A program made the translations under genes and the position numbers. From contig NZ_JBQCEE010000319.1 of NCBI RefSeq assembly GCF_051960575.1, positions 1 to 11,507 of the forward strand: a stretch of 11,507 nt of DNA, written 5' to 3'. Positions 7,568 to 11,507 of this stretch are shown one piece after another. The first letter of the stretch is position 1; each line of letters opens with the position of its first letter. The notes beneath the pieces are model-generated. The model was not told the origin of the DNA. It worked only from the letters and a program-made list of their open reading frames with translations, and did no database searches. The stretch is from Jatrophihabitans sp. Lineage in GTDB: Bacteria; Actinomycetota; Actinomycetes; Mycobacteriales; Jatrophihabitantaceae.

Positions 7568-8089
7568 GTGAACACCGTGCGGGACGCGCCCGCTGAGCCG
7601 ACCGCCGCGGTCGAGGAGCTGTTCCGGCGGCACGGCGCGATGCTCGTCCGCCTCGCCACCTTCCTCTGCGGCGACCGCGGCGCGGCGGAGGAGATCGTGC
7701 AGGAGTCGTTCGCGGCGGTGATCCGGCACTGGCGCCGGCTCGTCGACCACCAGGCGGCGCTGGCCTACGTGCGCGCCGCCGTCGTGAACGGCACGCGCAA
7801 CCACCATCGCCGCGCCGGTGTGGCGCGACGCCATCTGCGCGTCGCCGAGCCCGAGGCGACCGCCGACGTCGCCGACACGCTGCTGCTCGCCGAGGAGCAC
7901 CGCGCCGTCCTGCTCGCGCTGCGCGACCTGCCGCCGCGCCAGCGCGAGGTGCTGGTGCTGCGCTACTGGAGCGACCTCGACGAGGGCGAGATCGCCGCCG
8001 CGATGGGTATCGCCCGCGGCACCGTGAAGTCCACCGCCGCCCGCGCGCTCGACGCGATCGAGCGGCGTCTGAAGGAGCTGCACGCATGA
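7568..8089 (+). CDS. ECF-subfamily RNA polymerase sigma-70 factor, 173 aa.
   Basis: Region 2: ELFRRHGAMLVRLATFLCGDRGAAEEIVQESFAAVIRHWRRL and ALAYVRAAVVNGTRNHHRR. Region 4.2: LPPRQREVLVLRYWSDLDEGEIAAAMGIARGTVKSTAARALDAIERRL. The start is GTG at 7568; the ATG at 7566 is immediately followed by TGA. A GTG at 7577 is an alternative start. The stop overlaps the next gene's start within ATGA. Confidence 0.85.
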   Translation: MNTVRDAPAEPTAAVEELFRRHGAMLVRLATFLCGDRGAAEEIVQESFAAVIRHWRRLVDHQAALAYVRAAVVNGTRNHHRRAGVARRHLRVAEPEATADVADTLLLAEEHRAVLLALRDLPPRQREVLVLRYWSDLDEGEIAAAMGIARGTVKSTAARALDAIERRLKELHA

Positions 8090-9270
8090 GCACCGACACC
8101 GAGGACCGCCTGCGCGCCGCTCTGCGGGTCGCCGGCGAGCAGCTGCACGTCGAGGGCCTCACCCTCCGGCCGGTCGACCGTGCGGCGCCGGCGCGGTGGC
8201 GACGCATGGCGCTCCCGCTCACCGTCGCCGCGGCCGTCGCCGCCGCGGCGGTGGGGCTGTCGCTCGCCGGGCGCGGGCACGACAACTCGGCGCCGCCGGT
8301 GACGCGGTCGACCGTCCCGGTGCCGACGTCGACGACGGTGTCCTCGGTGCCGCCGCGTCCTCCGTCGACGGCCGCCTTCCCCCAGGCGCAACGGTGCGAC
8401 ACCGCTGACAGCACGGCCTGGACGGCCGCCATGCATGGGCCCGAGCTCATCGGCATCCCACCCGGCACGGTCATGGCGGGGCTCGTGTACCTCGCCGGTG
8501 TGGATCGGCGCGGTGACGCCATCGCCGTCGAGACCACGAACCCCGGGCGCTTGGTCACGGTGCGTCCCGACGGCACGACGACCGTGCTCTACACCGCGCC
8601 GCAGCAGGTCGACCCGTCGACACCGGTGCGGATCGGCGACGCGACAGCGCCCGACGGCGACTGGACGGCGGTCTCGCTCATCGCCGGTGGTGGCCAGGGC
8701 GAGCGCTCCGGCATTGTCGCGGTGAACATCCGGACGCGGGCGACCCGCACCGTCCGGGCTGTCGGCAACTTCGATCTCATCGTGCAGACCCCGTTCGTCG
8801 CCGGCGGCGCCGTGCGCTGGGTCGAGTCGACGAACGTCGGCGTCTCGCGCGGCTACGCCTACGACCTCGCGACCGGGCGACGCAGCGACGTGAGCGTCGC
8901 ATCGGCGACGCCGCCCAGCGGGCTCGAGGTACGGGCCGGGAACCTGCACGCGTTCCAGCAATCGTCCGGCGGCCGGACGCACCTGCTGGTGCAGCGTGGT
9001 TCGGAGCCTGCGGTCGACGTCGCGAGCACCGACAGCGACGGCCTCACCCACCTGCTGGCGCTCACGGACCGGTTCCTGCTCTGGTCCGACGTGCATGGGC
9101 TGCATCTGCTCGATCTGCGCAGCGGCGCGGGCACGGTGCTGGACCAGAGCACGCTGGACGCCGGCGCAGCCGCGGCGGCCGGCACGCTCGCCGTCAACAC
9201 CGAGTCGGCGAAGGGCGGTCCGTTGCTGGGTGTCGCGCGCGAGGCGGACCTGCCCGCGCTGCACTGCTGA
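8086..9270 (+). CDS. Membrane protein translationally coupled to the ECF sigma, a putative anti-sigma factor. It has a short cytoplasmic N-terminus, one TM helix, a Pro/Thr/Ser-rich linker and an extracytoplasmic domain of about 300 aa.
   Basis: The ATGA start/stop overlap is at 8086-8089. The N-terminus MSTDTEDRLRAALRVAGEQL...RWRR is followed by the TM helix MALPLTVAAAVAAAAVGLSLAG. The linker is PPVTRSTVPVPTSTTVSSVPPRPPSTAAFP. The C-terminal domain has beta-rich repeats such as LVTVRPDGTTTVLYTAP. There is no HxxxCxxC zinc anti-sigma motif, so the anti-sigma role is inferred from context. GC3 is high. Stop TGA at 9268-9270. Confidence 0.7.
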   Translation: MSTDTEDRLRAALRVAGEQLHVEGLTLRPVDRAAPARWRRMALPLTVAAAVAAAAVGLSLAGRGHDNSAPPVTRSTVPVPTSTTVSSVPPRPPSTAAFPQAQRCDTADSTAWTAAMHGPELIGIPPGTVMAGLVYLAGVDRRGDAIAVETTNPGRLVTVRPDGTTTVLYTAPQQVDPSTPVRIGDATAPDGDWTAVSLIAGGGQGERSGIVAVNIRTRATRTVRAVGNFDLIVQTPFVAGGAVRWVESTNVGVSRGYAYDLATGRRSDVSVASATPPSGLEVRAGNLHAFQQSSGGRTHLLVQRGSEPAVDVASTDSDGLTHLLALTDRFLLWSDVHGLHLLDLRSGAGTVLDQSTLDAGAAAAAGTLAVNTESAKGGPLLGVAREADLPALHC

Positions 9271-9278
9271 CCGACCAT

Positions 9279-9328
9279 GATCGACACCCGTCCGAACCGG
9301 TGCTGACCGGTCGGGACGGGTGTCGATC
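9279..9328. terminator. 50-nt GC-rich hairpin with a 15-bp perfect stem, a 2-nt bulge, a 6-bp stem and a GCTG loop, starting 9 nt after the upstream stop. Likely an intrinsic terminator or protein-binding palindrome.
   Basis: Read directly: gatcgacacccgtcc ga accggt gctg accggt cg ggacgggtgtcgatc. Positions 1-15 pair perfectly with 36-50. Positions 18-23 pair with 28-33. The inner core is ACCGGTnnnnACCGGT. It is followed by tcttgg, with no long U-tract, which is common in actinobacteria. Confidence 0.5.
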
Positions 9329-9400
9329 TTGGCGTCGCGACGCAACAGTGACCGACGGATCATTCCCAAACCGGACAGCGACGGAGTTGAATCCGGCGAT

Positions 9401-9640
9401 GTGAGCTCAGCGCACGAGTCGCCGATCGGCCTCGCCGGCCGCATCACCACGGCGACGCGTGGCGAGCAGGGCGCGGGGGAGGTCGAGCTGCGCATCCGCG
9501 GCGGCACCGAGACCTTCGTCGCCCGCTCGGCCGACCCGCTGCCCCGTGGGCAGGCCGTGATCGTGCTCGCGACGCTCGGCCCGCGCACCGTGGTGGTGGC
9601 GCCGTGGATGGATCCCGTCGACAGTCTGCTGGAGCTCTAG
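9401..9640 (+). CDS. Short NfeD-like C-terminal OB-fold domain protein, about 79 aa, with no membrane segment.
   Basis: GRITTATRGEQGAGEVELRIRGGTETFVARSADPLPRGQAVIVLATLGPRTVVVAP fits the NfeD/YuaF OB-fold pattern (G..G.V..G.G.V...G.E.W.A......G..V.V....G..L.V). It lies immediately upstream of the flotillin gene, with TAG-ATG abutting, as in yuaF-floT operons. The track ORF starts at GTG 9320 inside the hairpin, but 9329-9400 is rich in A/T-ending codons (cga, agt, att, aaa, gga, gtt, gaa, gat), so it is probably untranslated. GC3 becomes high from GTG 9401. GGAG at 9382-9385 is a possible but distant RBS. The start is uncertain. Confidence 0.55.
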   Translation: MSSAHESPIGLAGRITTATRGEQGAGEVELRIRGGTETFVARSADPLPRGQAVIVLATLGPRTVVVAPWMDPVDSLLEL

Positions 9641-11038
9641 ATGTTCGGTTACCGCGTCCCGTCGCCCAACGAGGCGATGCTCATCTCCGGCGGGAGGACC
9701 GACGGCGCGCCGTTCCGCGTCGTCACCGGCCGCGGCGCGTTCGTGCTGCCGTTCTTCCGCCGTGCCGCGTTCCTCACGCTGACGCTGTTCGAGTCGGAGG
9801 TCGAGGAGGTCTGCGTGACCAAGCAGGGCATCGCCCTGAACGTGAAGGCGGTCATCGCGGCGAAGGTCGGCAGCGACGCCGAGTCGATCGTCAATGCCGG
9901 ACAGCGCTTCCTCGCCGACCAGAACCAGATGCCGGTGCTGACCGGACGCATCTTCGCGGGCCACCTGCGCTCGATCATCGGCTCGATGACCGTCGAGGAG
10001 ATCATCACCGAGCGGCAGAAGCTCTCGACCGAGGTGCTCGACGGGTCGAAGGAGGAGATGGCCCGCATGGGCCTGACCGTCGACTCGCTGCAGATCCAGT
10101 CGATCGACGACATGCGCCAGGGCTACATCGCCGCGATGGCCGCGCCGCACAACGCGGCGATCCAGCGGTCGGCGCAGATCGCCCAGGCACAGGCCGACCA
10201 GGCCGCGGCCGAGGCGCAGCAGCAGGCCGAGCGGGCGAAGGCCGACTACGTGCGGCAGACCACCGTCGTCCAGGCCAATCTCGCCTCGGAGGTGAAGGCG
10301 GCGCAGGCCGAGGCCGACCGCAAGGCGGCCGAGGCGCTGCAGGAGTCGCTGCGCCAGCAGGCCGACTACGAGCGGCAGACCTCGGTGGCGAAGGCCGGCT
10401 TCCAGGCCGAGGTCGAGGTCGCCAACGCCAAGGCGGCGCAGACGGCGGCGCAGGCGGTGCAGGAGTCGCAGCGTTCGCAGGCCGAGTTCGAGCGGACGAC
10501 CGCGGTGGCCAAGGCCGGGTACGCCGCCGAGACGCAGTCGGCGCAGGCGAAGGCCAACCAGGCCGGCCCGTTGGCGCTCGCGCAGGCGGCGCAGGAGGTG
10601 GCCGAGGCCGAGGCGCTGCTGGCGCAGAAGCAGGCGGCGCTGCGCGAGGCACAGCTGGTCGGCGAGGTCGTGAAGCCTGCGGAGGCCGACGCCGAGCGCG
10701 TGCGCATCCTCGCCCGTGCCGAGGCGGAGAAGACCGAGACGCTCGCGCGGGCCGCCGCGTCGAACAACCGGGTGTCGCTCGACCAGATGCTCATCCAGCA
10801 GCTGCCGCTCATCGTCGAGAAGGCCGCGGGCGGCCTGGCGCAGGCGAACGTCACGGTGCTGAACGGCGCCGACGGCCTCTCGCAGATCGTGTCCGGGCTC
10901 GTCGGCCAGGGCATGGCGATCTTCGACGCGATCCGCAACGACCCGCCCTCGGGCAACGGCGCCCGGCCGGCGCAGGACACCGACTCGCGCGCGCTCGAGC
11001 GCGGTGCCGCCGACGGCCGCGCCGGGACGTCCGGCTGA
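9641..11038 (+). CDS. Flotillin-like SPFH/Band-7 domain protein, 465 aa.
   Basis: It has strong similarity to B. subtilis FloT beyond its membrane hairpin. GYRVPSPNEAMLISG corresponds to YRTAGPDEALIVTG. GHLRSIIGSMTVEEI corresponds to GHLRSILGSMTVEEI. It also shares an SPFH core, then a long Ala/Glu/Gln-rich coiled-coil ('EA repeat') region, then a C-terminal tail LIQQLPLIVEKAAGGLAQANVTVLNG. ATG at 9641 immediately follows the TAG of the upstream gene. Stop TGA at 11036-11038. Confidence 0.9.
   Translation: MFGYRVPSPNEAMLISGGRTDGAPFRVVTGRGAFVLPFFRRAAFLTLTLFESEVEEVCVTKQGIALNVKAVIAAKVGSDAESIVNAGQRFLADQNQMPVLTGRIFAGHLRSIIGSMTVEEIITERQKLSTEVLDGSKEEMARMGLTVDSLQIQSIDDMRQGYIAAMAAPHNAAIQRSAQIAQAQADQAAAEAQQQAERAKADYVRQTTVVQANLASEVKAAQAEADRKAAEALQESLRQQADYERQTSVAKAGFQAEVEVANAKAAQTAAQAVQESQRSQAEFERTTAVAKAGYAAETQSAQAKANQAGPLALAQAAQEVAEAEALLAQKQAALREAQLVGEVVKPAEADAERVRILARAEAEKTETLARAAASNNRVSLDQMLIQQLPLIVEKAAGGLAQANVTVLNGADGLSQIVSGLVGQGMAIFDAIRNDPPSGNGARPAQDTDSRALERGAADGRAGTSG
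10213..10572 (+). repeat. Three tandem in-frame 120-nt (40-aa) repeats inside the flotillin coiled-coil region.
   Basis: gccgactacg occurs at 10241 and at 10361, and gccgagttcg at 10481. gcaggagtcgc occurs at 10339 and at 10459. The period is exactly 120 nt. The protein units are ..AERAKADYVRQTTVVQANLASEVKAAQAEA.., ..LRQQADYERQTSVAKAGFQAEVEVANAKAAQ.. and ..QRSQAEFERTTAVAKAGYAAETQSAQAKANQ.. Confidence 0.7.
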
Positions 11039-11507
11039 ATGGGACACCCGACCGGGCCGCCGGCGTCCCATGCCCCTGTGCCGCAGGGCGGCGGCTTCCG
11101 GTACGAGATCGCCTACGACGACCGCGTGTGGCTGCGTGTGCCTCGTGGCGACGAGCGGCTCGGGAAGCGCTGGGCGAAGGACGCCGGCGAGGCGTGGGGG
11201 AAGGACCTCGGGGCGCCGAGGCGGTGGCGCGCGACGCTCGCCGCGATGCTCGCGGCCATCGCCCGTCAGTCGTACGGGGACGAACCCGAGGCGCTGTTCG
11301 TGCACCTGCTGCCGCGCATCGACGCAGCGCCCGATCCGCTGCTGGTGCTGCTGCGGTCGGTGCCGGCGGGGGGGCGGGCGCCCGGCGCGGGGGGGGGGGT
11401 GCTGGCGGGCGGGCCCCAACGCCGAGCTCGTATCGCTCGAGCACGGCCGGATCCAGGGCATGGAGCACCACGACAAGGGCAAGACGTTCGAGGTCGACCG
11501 GACCCTC
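11039..11507 (+). CDS. Hypothetical protein, 3'-partial. Its ATG abuts the flotillin stop. The coding frame appears to switch (+1) at or just after a G11 homopolymer, so this is either a frameshifted gene or a sequencing indel.
   Basis: Frame 2 from ATG 11039 gives a plausible GC3-rich product: MGHPTGPPASHAPVPQGGGFRYEIAYDDRVWLRVPRGDERLGKRWAKDAGEAWGKDL...LLVLLRSVPAGGRAPGAGGG. After the G run at 11389-11399 the protein-like, GC3-rich frame is frame 0 (..PNAELVSLEHGRIQGMEHHDKGKTFEVDRTL), while frame 2 turns Arg/Pro-rich. The track omits this ORF because no stop lies inside the window. No recognisable family. Confidence 0.45.
   Translation, partial: MGHPTGPPASHAPVPQGGGFRYEIAYDDRVWLRVPRGDERLGKRWAKDAGEAWGKDLGAPRRWRATLAAMLAAIARQSYGDEPEALFVHLLPRIDAAPDPLLVLLRSVPAGGRAPGAGGGVLAGGPQRRARIARARPDPGHGAPRQGQDVRGRPDP
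11389..11399 (+). repeat. G11 homopolymer, preceded by a G7 at 11368-11374, inside the CDS above.
   Basis: Read directly: gcgcgggggggggggtgctgg. Confidence 0.9.

Noticed and set aside
9320-9400. GTG 9320 or TTG 9329 as the start of the NfeD-like gene, which would give 106 aa.
   Set aside because: The 9320 start sits inside the 15-bp hairpin stem. 9329-9400 has A/T-ending codon usage unlike any real CDS in the window. This stretch is probably a 5' UTR or promoter. It is not fully excluded.
9329-9400. Canonical ECF promoter (GGAAC-N16/17-CGTC/GTT) upstream of the nfeD-flotillin genes.
   Set aside because: Only weak partial matches (CAAACC.., GAACC inside the hairpin) were found by eye. Nothing is convincing enough to annotate. 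This needs a TSS or a regulon motif.
1-11507. Mobile element, integrase, tRNA or rRNA signals.
   Set aside because: No transposase- or integrase-like ORF, no terminal inverted repeats flanking a block, and no tRNA-like cloverleaf segments were noticed. Apart from short leaders, the composition is uniform.

Overview
High-GC (about 72-74%) actinobacterial-type chromosomal segment, coding almost entirely on the + strand. GC3-rich codon usage marks the real frames; the long minus-strand ORFs in the six-frame track are antisense artefacts. In order: (1) 1..3585, the 3' 1190 codons of a large STAND-type P-loop NTPase that carries one transmembrane helix followed by about 740 aa of WD40/PD40-like propeller repeats. 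(2) A 139-nt spacer holding a perfect 9-mer x5 tandem repeat plus an 11-mer x2 repeat. (3) Two tandem paralogous secreted YVTN/Vgb-like beta-propeller proteins. (4) A stand-alone methylmalonyl-CoA-mutase-family catalytic subunit with the isobutyryl-CoA-mutase (IcmA) Phe/Gln signature and no B12-binding domain. (5) A translationally coupled ECF sigma factor and membrane protein (putative anti-sigma) with a large extracytoplasmic domain. (6) A 50-nt near-perfect hairpin. (7) A zero-spacer operon: a short NfeD-like OB-fold protein, then a flotillin (SPFH) protein with three 40-aa internal repeats, then an unknown CDS that runs into a G11 homopolymer where the coding frame switches (+1). No tRNA, rRNA, CRISPR or transposase was seen. 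The most unusual elements are the membrane-spanning STAND NTPase next to two secreted propellers, and the ECF-sigma / NfeD-flotillin module with anchorless subunits and a poly-G frame break downstream.
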